Shown: positions 38,561 through 49,132, counted from the first letter of the stretch. The stretch: DNA of 64,000 nt from Gammaproteobacteria bacterium (GCA_965206325.1 OZ242208.1:294326-358325), one strand, 5' to 3'. The notes: generated by a model not told the origin, from the sequence alone. Made by a program: numbers and translations.

Positions 38561-39905
38561 TTATTTCTTCGCGCGCAATTCGGCGGCGCGAGAATGAGCA
38601 TATAAACCTTCACTCCGCGCGAGCGTCTGCGCGGTCGGCGACAATTCCATCGCGCCTTTTTTTGATAACTTGACGACGCCGATTCGCTTGATAAAATCGC
38701 CGACTCCAAGCGGCGAAAAAAATCGCCCGCCGCCGCCCGTCGGCAAAACATGATTGCCGCCCGCGCAATAATCGCCAAACACAACAGCGGAATTTTCGCC
38801 GATAAAAATGGCGCCCGCGCTTTTGATTTTTTCCGCGACCGCATCAGCATCGCGCGACATAATCTGCAAATGCTCCGGCGCAACGCGCTCGGCAAGTTGA
38901 ATCGCCTCGTCCAAATCGCGCGTCTTAATTAATGCGCCTTGTGAATTAAGCGACTTCATTATTATTATTTTTCGCGGCGTGTTTTGCAATTGCGATTCTA
39001 TTTCCGCCGCGACCGAATCAAGCACAGCAGAATTCGGCGACGCTAAAATAACGCGAGCGGATTCGTCATGCTCGGCCTGCGCGAGCAAGTCGGCGGCGAC
39101 AAGGGGGGGGGGGGGGGGTATCGTCCGCGATAATAAAAACTTCCGACGGCCCGGCAACCGAATCAATTCCAACCGCGCCGAAAACCTGCCGCTTGGCTTC
39201 GGCGACATACCCCCCCCCCGGTCCGACGATTTTGTCCGCGCGCGGAATTGTCTTTGTGCCGTAAGCGAATGCGGCGATTGCATGCGCGCCGCCGACGCGA
39301 AAAACCTTCGTCGCGCCCGCAAGTTTCGCCGCCGCTAAAATCATCGGCGATACCCCCCCCCCCCCCTCTAAATTATTCTGCGATGAATTTGTGACGGGGG
39401 GAGTCGCGATGATAATTTCCTTCACGCCCGCGATGCGCGCCGGAATCGCGCACATTAAAACCGACGACGGATAAGCCGCCATTCCGCCCGGCGCATAAAC
39501 GCCGACGCGCGACAGCGGCAGAATTCTCTCGCCAAGGACGCTGCCGAATTCATCTTCAAATTGCCATCCCCCTCCCCCCCCCTGATTGAATTGACGGCAA
39601 TGATAATCTTCTATCCGGGTCGCCGCCGTTTGCAAAGCGCGGCGGTCATCTTGGGAAATGCGCGCGAGCGAATCCGAAAGCATCTCCGGCGCAATCTCAA
39701 AACCATCGGCGGAAGAAGGCGCGAATCCGTCAAAGCGGGCGGCGAATTCCAGCAATGCGGAATCGCCTTCTTTGCGGACGCGCGCAATAATTTCCGCGAC
39801 GCGATTTTTAATTTCCGCCGCCGATTCCGAATCTTCGGAAATCAATTGCTCAAAGCGCGAATCAAAATCGTCCGCGCTTGAATCCAATCTTGCGATATTA
39901 ATCAT
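38561..39905 (-). CDS. hisD: histidinol dehydrogenase, split into two overlapping ORFs (39066-39905 N-terminal part, 38561-39322 C-terminal part) by a frameshift at a 16-nt poly-G tract (~39103-39118)
   Basis: N-terminal part carries the HisD NAD/substrate motifs, the C-terminal part carries ...AQAEHDE...; combined length about 448 aa matches HisD; hisG sits directly upstream. Confidence 0.8.
39103..39118. repeat. 16-nt G homopolymer at the hisD frameshift site
   Basis: aagggggggggggggggta read directly; the reading frame changes here. Confidence 0.8.
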
Positions 39906-40551
39906 TCTTGTCGTCTTTGCATTTCATCGCATCGGCGAATCGCTGCTGCAGCGATTTCATTTCCATTCGGCGGCGTTTTGCGGCGGCGCGATTAAAGATG
40001 AGATGCGCCGAGACCTCCATTATTTTTTCCACTTCGCGCATTTTGTTGGCGCGCAAAGTATCGCCGGTGTCGACGAGATCAACGATGACATCGGCCAGTC
40101 CGACCAGCGGCGCCAATTCCAGCGCGCCGCGCAATTCCACAAAGTCGGCGTGAATGCCCTTAGCGGCGAAATGCGCGCGCGCAAGCGATAAATGCTTGGC
40201 GGCAACGCGAAATCGCGCACCGCGCCGGGCGGCGGATTCGTAGTCAAAATTTTCGCGGGCGGCGACGGCGAGTCGGCATCGTCCGATTCGCAAATCCAGC
40301 GGCTGATAAACGCCTTCCATCGCGCGTTCGGCGAGGACATCGCGCCCGGCAATTCCCACTTCGGCGGCGCCGCAGGCGATATATGCCGGCACATCAAACG
40401 CGCGCACGACAATCAATCGCACCGACGAATCCGCAGTCGGCAAAATAATGCTGCGCGCGTCGGCGGCGGAAACAGGCGCGATTCCCGCCCGCTGCAGCAG
40501 CGGCAGCGTCTCGCGCCAAATGCGCCCCTTGGAAACGGCAAGCGTAATCAC
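39898..40551 (-). CDS. hisG: ATP phosphoribosyltransferase (short form); start approximate (probable GTG, no in-frame ATG at the conserved N-terminus)
   Basis: ITLAVSKGRI...LPLL N-terminal motif and hisG-hisD arrangement. The longer ATG-initiated ORF would overlap vsr. Confidence 0.7.
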   Translation of the reverse strand: MITLAVSKGRIWRETLPLLQRAGIAPVSAADARSIILPTADSSVRLIVVRAFDVPAYIACGAAEVGIAGRDVLAERAMEGVYQPLDLRIGRCRLAVAARENFDYESAARRGARFRVAAKHLSLARAHFAAKGIHADFVELRGALELAPLVGLADVIVDLVDTGDTLRANKMREVEKIMEVSAHLIFNRAAAKRRRMEMKSLQQRFADAMKCKDDKND

Positions 40552-40559
40552 AGGGCGAA

Positions 40560-41000
40560 TTATAGCGCGGAAGATTCGGGCAGAAGATTCCGCAGACGGG
40601 AAAGTTTGCGGCTGATGATTTTTTCGTTTTTTAATTCGCACTCCCAAATGCGAATCACTTTCCATCCCATTGCGCGCAATTGAGTGCCGACTTCGCGGTC
40701 GCGGTCGTAGTTGCGCTCCAATTTGGGAATCCAATGCGCCCTGTTTGATTTTGGCATAGTGCCATGAACCGGACAGCAATGCCAAAAACAGCCGTCAATA
40801 AAAACCGCAATTCGCCCGCGAACAAAAATAAAATCGGGCTTTCCAACCAGAGGATATTTCCGCCGCCAGCCGATGATTCCGCATTTGCGGAAAATGCCAA
40901 CGAGTTTAATTTCCGTCGCCTTGTTGCCGCCGCTCCTTATGCGCGACATTATCCAAGATCGCTTTTTCTTGGTGAAGATGTCGCCCATCGGGAAAATCAA
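40560..41000 (-). CDS. vsr: very short patch repair endonuclease Vsr
   Basis: FIDGCFWHCCP and Vsr fold motifs, 146 aa; adjacent to a C5-cytosine MTase. Confidence 0.85.
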   Translation of the reverse strand: MIFPMGDIFTKKKRSWIMSRIRSGGNKATEIKLVGIFRKCGIIGWRRKYPLVGKPDFIFVRGRIAVFIDGCFWHCCPVHGTMPKSNRAHWIPKLERNYDRDREVGTQLRAMGWKVIRIWECELKNEKIISRKLSRLRNLLPESSAL

Positions 41001-41002
41001 GG

Positions 41003-41983
41003 TTAGGCGGAAAAATCCATGAAGTAATTTTCCTCGTCTACCTTAATGAAAGTGACTTTCGTTCTGTTATATGCTATCAAGTGATCTTTGAGGATGAGTT
41101 CACCGAGTGGCACTTCCAGTCGTCGGCGAAAATATTCGCCGATTAAACTATTATTTTCGGTGGAGTGAATTGCTTTTCCGGTATCTTGGCGACGGGCGCA
41201 AATCATTACTTGGCCATCGTCGGTATGAAGGGTGAAGTGAACGCCCCGAGCGGGGAAAAAGGAATTTACTTTTGCTCCCATTTCTCCACCCGTTGGAAGA
41301 CGAATATATGCTTGATTGGGTTCTCTATGCGCTTCAGGACGCTGACCCCAATTCAACCCAGAGCGAGAAGGAAGCCGTCCCGACCGATCCAGCAAGGAAA
41401 TTGTCAAAGAATCTCCATTGTTGGAAATTTTCCTTACGCCATAGGGTTTCCTGCCGAGATGTGACTTAATTCTCTCCCTCTCCCTATCTGGCACAACCAA
41501 ACCGTTCACATCAGGGTGATTGCAGAAGATCGCGCGAGCTTCGACATCGCGATAAAACTTCATCAATTCAACAGGATCATGGACAGTTGCTACCTCAACT
41601 TGCCTTTTGCCATAAGCGGTCTGCGTATAATTTGCCGAACCGACAAATCCGGCTATTGGGTTTTGCTGACGAAACCAAGCGTATGTTTTTGCGTGGACAG
41701 GAGCCCCCTCAGTGACATAACTGCACTGAAAACGACGGCAGAATTTTTTCGCCTTGCATAAGTGTGCCAGCCCCTTATGATTGGCTTCGGCTATCCCATC
41801 GGACGCAACCATCCCGACAATCAGGTTGATTTTAATGGATTGCGTTACCTTGCTGTCGAGCTCCCGCAAATGCCAGTCCGCCATTCCAGCGGACGCGTAG
41901 CCGGAAACGATGTAGAGCGTATCCGCACCTTCAAGGGCGGGAGATTCCAATATTTTCCGATACAATGGATTCGTCAAAAGCAT
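41003..41983 (-). CDS. PLD-family (HKD motif) Type II restriction endonuclease, NgoAVII/BfiI-like with C-terminal B3-like DNA-binding region
   Basis: HxK(x4)D...GSxN motif present as HAKTYAW...FVGSANYT; 10-nt overlap with the MTase gene; low GC. Confidence 0.65.
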   Translation of the reverse strand: MLLTNPLYRKILESPALEGADTLYIVSGYASAGMADWHLRELDSKVTQSIKINLIVGMVASDGIAEANHKGLAHLCKAKKFCRRFQCSYVTEGAPVHAKTYAWFRQQNPIAGFVGSANYTQTAYGKRQVEVATVHDPVELMKFYRDVEARAIFCNHPDVNGLVVPDRERERIKSHLGRKPYGVRKISNNGDSLTISLLDRSGRLPSRSGLNWGQRPEAHREPNQAYIRLPTGGEMGAKVNSFFPARGVHFTLHTDDGQVMICARRQDTGKAIHSTENNSLIGEYFRRRLEVPLGELILKDHLIAYNRTKVTFIKVDEENYFMDFSA

Positions 41984-43053
41984 GGATGGTGGACTCCATT
42001 TATTCCCAAATCCATGTTAGATTGCACGACAGGATAGTGCTTGCCCGCAAAGGTTTTGAGCACCGCCCGAAAAACCACCTTTGCTGCTTGCGGCGGAACA
42101 GCCATGCCGATTTGCTTGCGAACACTTTCCTTTTGTCCGACAAAAATGAATTTGTCGGGAAAGCTTTGCAACCGCGCCCTTTCGCGATTCGTCAGCGCAC
42201 GATCCTTTTTCCAGTGATAAACATGAGTGCCGCCGCCGCCGCTACCGGTGATGGTATATGAGGGGTGGTCGGGGCGCAGACGACGATAAATTAAACTGAG
42301 CTTTGCGCCGTTTACATTAAGGCGCAGATCATCCGGCATTGACGCATTAAAAGCATTCTCGCCGGGTTTGATATAACGCAACCGTTCAATAACGGTTTGG
42401 GATTGGCGCGTAAATTCGTGATTTGGCGAATCAGCACGGATATTTTTGAGCGCGGTCTGCGCAGTCACATCAATCTTTTGATATGGAGACGGCGAGGGAA
42501 TGCCAAAGGCAACATTTTGGTCACGCCGAATCCCGACCACGATGATTCGTTGCCGCTTTTGCGGCACGCCATATTTGTCAAATTTGTAAAGGTGTGGATA
42601 AATTTTATAGCCGTCTCCCGCTGCGGCAAATTCGCGGAGGATTTTGCGGAGTGTGTTCCCGTCATCGGAGTTTTTAAGTCCGCCGACATTCTCGGCGACG
42701 AACCACTTGGGATTGAAATGGTGAACGCCCGCAACGCAGTAAGTATAAAGCGAACCGTAAGAGCCGGAGATTCCGGCTTTTTTGCCGACAACGCTGAAAT
42801 CGTTGCACGGAAATCCGAATGCCAGTGCGTCAATTTCTCCCGCTTTTTCCAAAGTGGAAAAGTCAAGTTTCCGCACATCGCGGGGAAAGATTTTCTCAGG
42901 CATGAGATTCTGCTCGTAGGTGTGGCAGGAATCGCGGTCAAAGTCAGTCGCCCAAACATGGGCGATCGACAAATCGCCTGTTGCGGCGAGGCGGGCACCA
43001 AGCCCGAGTCCTCCCGCTCCGCAAAATAATTCTCCTAGTCGGAATCGGCTCAT
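41974..43053 (-). CDS. dcm: DNA (cytosine-5)-methyltransferase
   Basis: Motif I FCGAGG, motif IV PCNDFS (catalytic Cys), ENV, and QKRQR motifs. Confidence 0.9.
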   Translation of the reverse strand: MSRFRLGELFCGAGGLGLGARLAATGDLSIAHVWATDFDRDSCHTYEQNLMPEKIFPRDVRKLDFSTLEKAGEIDALAFGFPCNDFSVVGKKAGISGSYGSLYTYCVAGVHHFNPKWFVAENVGGLKNSDDGNTLRKILREFAAAGDGYKIYPHLYKFDKYGVPQKRQRIIVVGIRRDQNVAFGIPSPSPYQKIDVTAQTALKNIRADSPNHEFTRQSQTVIERLRYIKPGENAFNASMPDDLRLNVNGAKLSLIYRRLRPDHPSYTITGSGGGGTHVYHWKKDRALTNRERARLQSFPDKFIFVGQKESVRKQIGMAVPPQAAKVVFRAVLKTFAGKHYPVVQSNMDLGINGVHHPCF

Positions 43054-43166
43054 CGTCGTTTATTATAGCAAAAGAAGCAATAAATTAAGAAAAACCCGAA
43101 AAAATAAATTCCCGAAAAATCAACAGGTTCGGATAAAAATTGAATTTTTCCCACCACCCGCAATTT

Positions 43167-44381
43167 TTAGACGGATTCGCCATCTTTGGGGACGGGCAAC
43201 AAATAAGGCGACAAGTCAATATCGACAAATCCCTTTTTGCGATAAAAAACCCATCCTTTATTACGGCGATACATTTCGAGATGCCAATACTGCCTGTCAC
43301 CGTAAGACATCCGCAACGAGGTCAGCAACGGCAGGAAATCCGTGCCCGGAATCAAGTATACCATGTCGTCCGAGCCGCAACCCAGAATCAGATAGGGACG
43401 GCTCACACTCTCCAAAAATTCCTTTTGGTGCGGACGGAAAGAAAACCAAAAATAACCCTTGCCGCGGTCGTAACTCCTTGACACAAGGCAAACCGCGCCG
43501 CATTGACCGTCGGCGGTGGAATAAGTCGTGCGCGAGCGGCGAATCAAATTAGAGGCGATTTCGCCCTCCGCCGCGATTCGGGCTTGCGCCCGCAAAACGC
43601 AGGATTCGTGAAAAGAAACCGGCGCTTCCTCTTTTTTTTGACGATGAATTTCCGCATCGTCCTCGTCGCCGATGGCGTCATCTACCGAGATTTCCTCGCT
43701 GGAATCCTCGGCGGCGGAAAGAACCAAATCGGCGATGTCGTCCAATTTGGTGAATTCTTTCGGCAGCAAAACTTCGTGGAATCGCTCAAAGGTCGGCTCT
43801 TCCAATTTCTCTTTCAACTCGGCGATTTTTAACAGCGCGTCCACGCTAATCAGCCGCATATCCCAAGCGTAGCGAGAACCGCGAATTTGCGCCTCCAACC
43901 CGCCAGTGTCCTCGCGCCCGACAATCACGAGAAGCGAGACGGACTCCATCGTCAAGTTATCGCGCGCAACAAGACGACGGCGATAATCAACCACCGTCCC
44001 AAGGTCAAGACGATAAGCATCGGTCGTTTTTACTTCAATGACAATCGCCCGACCATCGGACAATTTCCAAACGCCGTCAAAGCCGATTTCACTGCGCGTT
44101 CCGCGATACCGCCCTTCTTCCACCGCAAAACCGAGTCGCTTGCCGATTTGGTTGACGATGTCCTGTAAGGCGAGTCCGGAGTCGGCAAAATCTTTAATCC
44201 CCGACAGGCATTCTTCCGCGCGTTTGCGAATTTCCGTCAACGGAATGTGTGCAAGCCATTCGCGAAATTCGCGCGAAGTAACGCCGTCGTCTTTTAACGA
44301 ACCATCGCCCGCAAAGCCGACAATCTGTTTTAGATTTTTGTCGCGCAATTCGCCGGAATTAAAATGATCAATCAGCGGCAT
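43167..44381 (-). CDS. PD-(D/E)xK (Mrr-like) nuclease-domain protein with an uncharacterised about 200-aa C-terminal domain
   Basis: GFDGVW...IVIEVK D...(E)xK signature, acidic linker, conserved-looking C-terminal block (GYFWFSFRPHQ...YLILGCGSDDMVYLIP); low GC; preceded by a very AT-rich 110-bp spacer. Confidence 0.5.
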   Translation of the reverse strand: MPLIDHFNSGELRDKNLKQIVGFAGDGSLKDDGVTSREFREWLAHIPLTEIRKRAEECLSGIKDFADSGLALQDIVNQIGKRLGFAVEEGRYRGTRSEIGFDGVWKLSDGRAIVIEVKTTDAYRLDLGTVVDYRRRLVARDNLTMESVSLLVIVGREDTGGLEAQIRGSRYAWDMRLISVDALLKIAELKEKLEEPTFERFHEVLLPKEFTKLDDIADLVLSAAEDSSEEISVDDAIGDEDDAEIHRQKKEEAPVSFHESCVLRAQARIAAEGEIASNLIRRSRTTYSTADGQCGAVCLVSRSYDRGKGYFWFSFRPHQKEFLESVSRPYLILGCGSDDMVYLIPGTDFLPLLTSLRMSYGDRQYWHLEMYRRNKGWVFYRKKGFVDIDLSPYLLPVPKDGESV

Positions 44382-44919
44382 TTTGTTTGCCTCTTTTCAA
44401 CGATTGCAAAAATGACGGCACTTGGTCGGGGGTGAGTTTGGAATGCATTCGCTCGTTGTTGATGATTGCCACCGGCGCATCGCCGCATGCGCCAAAGCAT
44501 TCGCCCTCCTTCAATGTGAATTCGCCGTCGGGAGTCGTGCCGCCAAACTCCACGCCCAGCGATTCCTTCAACGCCGCCGCCGTCTTTTCCGCGCCCATCA
44601 AAGCGCACGGCAAATTTGTGCATAAGCAGATTTTAATTCTGCCGACCGGCCGCAAATCATACATATTGTAAAAACTCGCGACCTCAAACGCGCGAATGGC
44701 CGGAATGCCAAGATAATCGGCGACAAATTCAATGGTTTCGCGCGGCAGCCACCCCCGCTCCTTCTGCGCGATTCGCAAAGCGGACATTACCGCCGACCGC
44801 CGCCAATTGCGCGGATACTTTTTAACTTCGCGCTCAATCGCCGCCAGCGATTCCGCCGACAACTGCGGCTCGTCTTTTTTCTCCGGCGCAGAAGAAAGAG
44901 GGGGGGGGGGGGTCGTCAC
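44368..44919 (-). CDS. nuoE: NADH-quinone oxidoreductase subunit E
   Basis: Thioredoxin-like [2Fe-2S] motif CxxxxC...CGACGDAPV. Confidence 0.9.
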   Translation of the reverse strand: MTTPPPPLSSAPEKKDEPQLSAESLAAIEREVKKYPRNWRRSAVMSALRIAQKERGWLPRETIEFVADYLGIPAIRAFEVASFYNMYDLRPVGRIKICLCTNLPCALMGAEKTAAALKESLGVEFGGTTPDGEFTLKEGECFGACGDAPVAIINNERMHSKLTPDQVPSFLQSLKRGKQNAAD

Positions 44920-46169
44920 CGATCTATCTCGCCGAAGACAATATCCATCGTGCCGATAATGGCGACGGCGTCGGCAATCATGTGCCCGCGCGCCATTTCG
45001 TCCATCGCGGCCAAATGCGGAAAGCCGGGGGGGCGAATTTTTAATCGGTAAGGTTTGTTGGCGCCGTCGGATACCAGATAGATTCCAAACTCGCCCTTGG
45101 GATGCTCCACAGCGGCGTAGGATTCGCCGCGCGCGATATGCATTCCCTCCGTGTATAATTTGAAATGATGAATCATTTCCTCCATATTATGCTTCATATT
45201 TTCGCGCGAGGGGGGGGCGACCTTGTGGCTTTCCGACATCACCGGCCCGGGATTTTCGCGCAGCCACTCCATGCATTGGCGAATGATACTGTTGGACTGC
45301 CGCATTTCTTCAATGCGGACAAGATAGCGGTCGTAGCAGTCGCCGTTTGTGCCGACCGGAATGTCAAACTCCATTTTATGGTAAACTTCATAAGGCTGCG
45401 TTTTGCGCAAATCCCAAACGACGCCGGAGCCGCGCAGCATCGGCCCGGTAAATCCCAATGCCTTGGCGCGGTCGGCGGAGACAACGCCAATTCCCACTGT
45501 CCTTTGCTTCCAGATTCTGTTTTCAGTGAGAAGGGCTTCGTATTCGTCGACTTTTTTGGGAAAGCGCGAAACAAAGTCGGCGATAAAATCCAGCAGGGAA
45601 CCTTCGCGGGCGGCGTTTAATTCCTTAACTTCGCGCGCGCTTTTGAATTTGGACGGACGGTATTTGGGCATTTCGTTCGGCAAATCGCGATAGACCCCCC
45701 CCGGCCGATAATAAGCCGCATGCAGTCGCGCGCCGGACACCGCTTCGTAGCAGTCCATTAAATCTTCGCGCTCGCGAAAAGCGTAAAGAAATATTGACAT
45801 CGCCCCCACATCCAAAGCGTGCGCGCCGAGCCACAGCAGATGATTCAAGATGCGGGTGATTTCGTCAAACATCACGCGAATATACTGCGCGCGAATCGGG
45901 GGAGCAACGCCGAGCAATTTTTCAATCGCCATCGCGTAGGCGTGCTCGTTGACCATCATGGAAACATAATCCAATCGGTCCATATACGGCACCGACTGCA
46001 GATAAGTTTTATGCTCCGCTAATTTTTCGGTGGCGCGATGCAGCAGTCCGATATGCGGGTCGGCGCGCTCAATGACTTCGCCGTCCAATTCTAAAACGAG
46101 GCGCAGCACGCCGTGCGCCGCCGGATGCTGCGGACCGAAATTCATCGTGTAATTGCGAATTTCAGCCAT
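44916..46169 (-). CDS. nuoD: NADH-quinone oxidoreductase subunit D
   Basis: [25 protein letters not shown]-terminus; 417 aa. Confidence 0.9.
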   Translation of the reverse strand: MAEIRNYTMNFGPQHPAAHGVLRLVLELDGEVIERADPHIGLLHRATEKLAEHKTYLQSVPYMDRLDYVSMMVNEHAYAMAIEKLLGVAPPIRAQYIRVMFDEITRILNHLLWLGAHALDVGAMSIFLYAFREREDLMDCYEAVSGARLHAAYYRPGGVYRDLPNEMPKYRPSKFKSAREVKELNAAREGSLLDFIADFVSRFPKKVDEYEALLTENRIWKQRTVGIGVVSADRAKALGFTGPMLRGSGVVWDLRKTQPYEVYHKMEFDIPVGTNGDCYDRYLVRIEEMRQSNSIIRQCMEWLRENPGPVMSESHKVAPPSRENMKHNMEEMIHHFKLYTEGMHIARGESYAAVEHPKGEFGIYLVSDGANKPYRLKIRPPGFPHLAAMDEMARGHMIADAVAIIGTMDIVFGEIDR

Positions 46170-46761
46170 CGGATTCTTCTTTGCCGTATTCGGATTCGCG
46201 CACAATTCGCGGGACGACCTCGCGCGGGGGAATAGTCACCGGCTGATAAATCACCCGCCGCTTAACCGGATCGTAGCGCACCTCCACTTTTCCCGACAGC
46301 GGAAAATCCTTGCGAAACGGATGCCCCACAAAGCCGTAATCGGTGAGCAAACGGCGCAAATCGGAATGTCCGTGAAAGACGATTCCATAAAGGTCAAACG
46401 CTTCGCGCTCAAACCAATTCGCCGACGGCCAAACTGGGACGACGGAATCCAAAGCGGGAAAATCGTCGTCTTCGCAGTAGGCGCGCACGCGCAATCGGCG
46501 ATTATGCGAAAGCGACAGCAAATGATAAACGACCGCAAAACGCGCGCCTTCCCAGCCGCTGTATTCGCAGTAGTCAATGCCGCAGAGGTCAATCAACTGC
46601 TCAAAGTGAAAGGCGGAATCGTCGCGCATAATCGTCATAAATTCAATGAGGCGCGACGGCGGGACGCGCACCGTCACTTCGCCGACGGCGAGTTTTCCGC
46701 GAAAGCCCTGCCATTCGCCGAAGCGGTCGGCAAGCGCATCTTTTAATTCTGCGGCGGACAT
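46162..46761 (-). CDS. nuoC: NADH-quinone oxidoreductase subunit C
   Basis: 30-kDa subunit motifs; separate from nuoD (not fused). Confidence 0.9.
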   Translation of the reverse strand: MSAAELKDALADRFGEWQGFRGKLAVGEVTVRVPPSRLIEFMTIMRDDSAFHFEQLIDLCGIDYCEYSGWEGARFAVVYHLLSLSHNRRLRVRAYCEDDDFPALDSVVPVWPSANWFEREAFDLYGIVFHGHSDLRRLLTDYGFVGHPFRKDFPLSGKVEVRYDPVKRRVIYQPVTIPPREVVPRIVRESEYGKEESDG

Positions 46762-46776
46762 GGCGCGTTTATTTTA

Positions 46777-49125
46777 TCATCCCGCGCGGCGGCGCACTTG
46801 ACGCTGCAATCGCAGCAAATCTTTGGGAATGTCCTCCGCCTTGGGAAAGAATTGCCGCATCAGCGAAAGAAAAGAATCGTCATCGTTTTTTTGGTAGTAA
46901 TAGGCCAGCAATGGGCGCAGAGCGGGATTGTCGCTTTCCGGAAAAACCCGCAAAGCCGTTTTCAAATTATCGCGGTATTTTTCGCCGTTCCCGTTCGGAT
47001 CCAAAGCATAGGTGATATTCGCGCGCAGAAGATAAAAGTGGCCGAATCCCTGCGCGCCCAATTGCGGATAATCTTCGCGCTTGACGCCGTCCGACCATTT
47101 TAGTTCGCGCCTTAATTCATTTTCGGACATTCGCCCGGAAGCGAGCAATTGCGAATTGGCGATAATGCGCGCCAGAATGTTGCGCTCTTTGGCGCGGTCA
47201 ATCACTTCGTCCCATTCGTCGGTCAAGGCGAATCCGTGCAGCGATGCAATGACAATCGCATTTACCAAAGTCGCCACTGTATTAAAATGCTGATGGCGAG
47301 TCCATTGATCGGGAAAGACCAGGGCGGGATCCAAATTCGCGTCCAGCCAGCGGCGCAAAGCATCGCTGAGAATGACGCGGTCATGCGGGCCGTCGCGATT
47401 AACGCGGCGCAAAAATCCGAGAAAGTCCGAGCCGAATTTAGGATTGCCAAACAAGGTCGTCCGCAGGGGATGATAATAAATCGGACGCTGAACTTTGCGG
47501 ACATATTCGGTGAGAATGCCGCGCTTTCTGTCGTCCGAAGTCAGCGGACTGTATAAGCGATTGCCGAAAACCAAACCTTGATCGTTGAAGACAATTAAGT
47601 CGGGGCGCACTTCTTCCACAAAATGCAGATAGCCGACCGGCACATCCAAATCGTCAAAGGTAAAGAGGACGGCGTTCGGCTCCAAACTGAGCAATTTGAA
47701 ACTGGCGAAATCATGCGCCCAGCGATAATCGCGGCGATTGTTTTCTCCCCAATGCAGTCCGATGCTGGCGGCGGCCAAAGCGGCGACGGCCATTCCGCAA
47801 ATTGGCCCGCGCACTGTCGGCGAAAGCCGCAATCGGTCGGCGCACCACGCCATTCCGACCGCAAGCCAAATCGCCATTAATCCATAAGCAAGAAGAGGAT
47901 AAACGCGAAACGCCGAAAACCAAATGTATTCGGCTTTGAAATCTATCATAATGACAAGAAGGAATCCGCTCATAAACCAACTGACGAGCATTCCAATCCA
48001 AACCCATTGATGGCGGGAGCGCGCCATAACGGCGAATCCGACGGCGGAAAACGCCGCCCCTATCGGCGTGAATTGCCATGCCATCTGCCGCAATAAAGAA
48101 AGCGAAAAGGCAATCTTGTCGTCAAGTCCGACATTGGACTGCTTGTCCACTCCGGCGTATCCTTTTCGCAAAACATAAAAAAGGAATTGATCCAAAGTCT
48201 CAATAGGTCCGTAGAAGGAGGCAATCGTCCCCGAATGCGAGCGAAAAACCAGCCAAGCATAAGGAAGGAGTCCAATCGTTAAAAACAACGCGCCCGCCGG
48301 AAGCCGCCGAATAATGGAGCCGGTTTGACTCGCGACAATAATCGCCAGACCTATGCTGCCCAATCCCATAAGCGGCCAGTGATTGGCAAGACCGAGTCCA
48401 TAGACCAATGCAATGACGCAGAATAAGCGGAAATGGCCGGAGTCGCGCTTTACGCCGCGATGCGATGCGTATTTCAAGCACAAGGCAAAGACGATAAAAA
48501 ACATCATCGCGTTTAATGCATAAACTTCGGTGATAATCGCCTGCGACCAGAAAGTTTGCGAGCAGCCGTAGGCGACTCCGGCGGCGTAGGCGAAAATTCG
48601 CCCGCGCAGAAGCATCGCAGTAATCGCGTAAATGGCCGAGCAGGCTACGGCGGCGGCGAAGCCGCTGAATAAATGTCCGCGCAGGGCGGGTTCTCCCCAG
48701 AAAAAGATTCGCCAAAACAATCCCCCCAAAAGCGTATGCAGCGGATATCCCGGCGGATGCGCGACGCCGAAGAATTTCATATTCATCAGGAAGAGTCCGT
48801 CGTCTTCCAAAGCGACCAGCCGCGGGGCGGTGTAGCAGTAAAGGGCAAACACCAGCAAAAAAACGAATGCGAGATGGGGCAATTCGCTTTTCCATTCGCG
48901 CTTAATTAACAGCGGCGGCTTTTTCGCCGCAATCAAAAATGATTCCAGCGAAAACGGACGACGCTCCGGCGGAAAATAATTAAGAAGCGCGCCCTCGCCG
49001 ACGGCGGAATTGCCTTCATGAAATGCGGCGGACGAATTCGCGCCGACGAATTCGCGAGGCGAATCGGCAATGCCGGCGGACAATTCGATTCCGCCGCCGC
49101 GGATTTTTTTGCGCTTTCTGGCCAT
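46777..49125 (-). CDS. large polytopic membrane protein, DUF2723 / PMT-like glycosyltransferase family, inserted within the nuo operon; start uncertain
   Basis: About 780 aa, many TM helices followed by a soluble TPR-like C-terminal region. The longest ORF start (49248) would overlap nuoB by 115 nt, so an internal ATG at 49125 is preferred. Confidence 0.55.
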   Translation of the reverse strand: MARKRKKIRGGGIELSAGIADSPREFVGANSSAAFHEGNSAVGEGALLNYFPPERRPFSLESFLIAAKKPPLLIKREWKSELPHLAFVFLLVFALYCYTAPRLVALEDDGLFLMNMKFFGVAHPPGYPLHTLLGGLFWRIFFWGEPALRGHLFSGFAAAVACSAIYAITAMLLRGRIFAYAAGVAYGCSQTFWSQAIITEVYALNAMMFFIVFALCLKYASHRGVKRDSGHFRLFCVIALVYGLGLANHWPLMGLGSIGLAIIVASQTGSIIRRLPAGALFLTIGLLPYAWLVFRSHSGTIASFYGPIETLDQFLFYVLRKGYAGVDKQSNVGLDDKIAFSLSLLRQMAWQFTPIGAAFSAVGFAVMARSRHQWVWIGMLVSWFMSGFLLVIMIDFKAEYIWFSAFRVYPLLAYGLMAIWLAVGMAWCADRLRLSPTVRGPICGMAVAALAAASIGLHWGENNRRDYRWAHDFASFKLLSLEPNAVLFTFDDLDVPVGYLHFVEEVRPDLIVFNDQGLVFGNRLYSPLTSDDRKRGILTEYVRKVQRPIYYHPLRTTLFGNPKFGSDFLGFLRRVNRDGPHDRVILSDALRRWLDANLDPALVFPDQWTRHQHFNTVATLVNAIVIASLHGFALTDEWDEVIDRAKERNILARIIANSQLLASGRMSENELRRELKWSDGVKREDYPQLGAQGFGHFYLLRANITYALDPNGNGEKYRDNLKTALRVFPESDNPALRPLLAYYYQKNDDDSFLSLMRQFFPKAEDIPKDLLRLQRQVRRRAG

Positions 49126-49132
49126 CGCCGCG

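Noticed and set aside
39103-39118. Poly-G tracts as G-quadruplex elements
   Set aside because: They are single uninterrupted runs, not four spaced G-runs. Intramolecular G4 is not implied.
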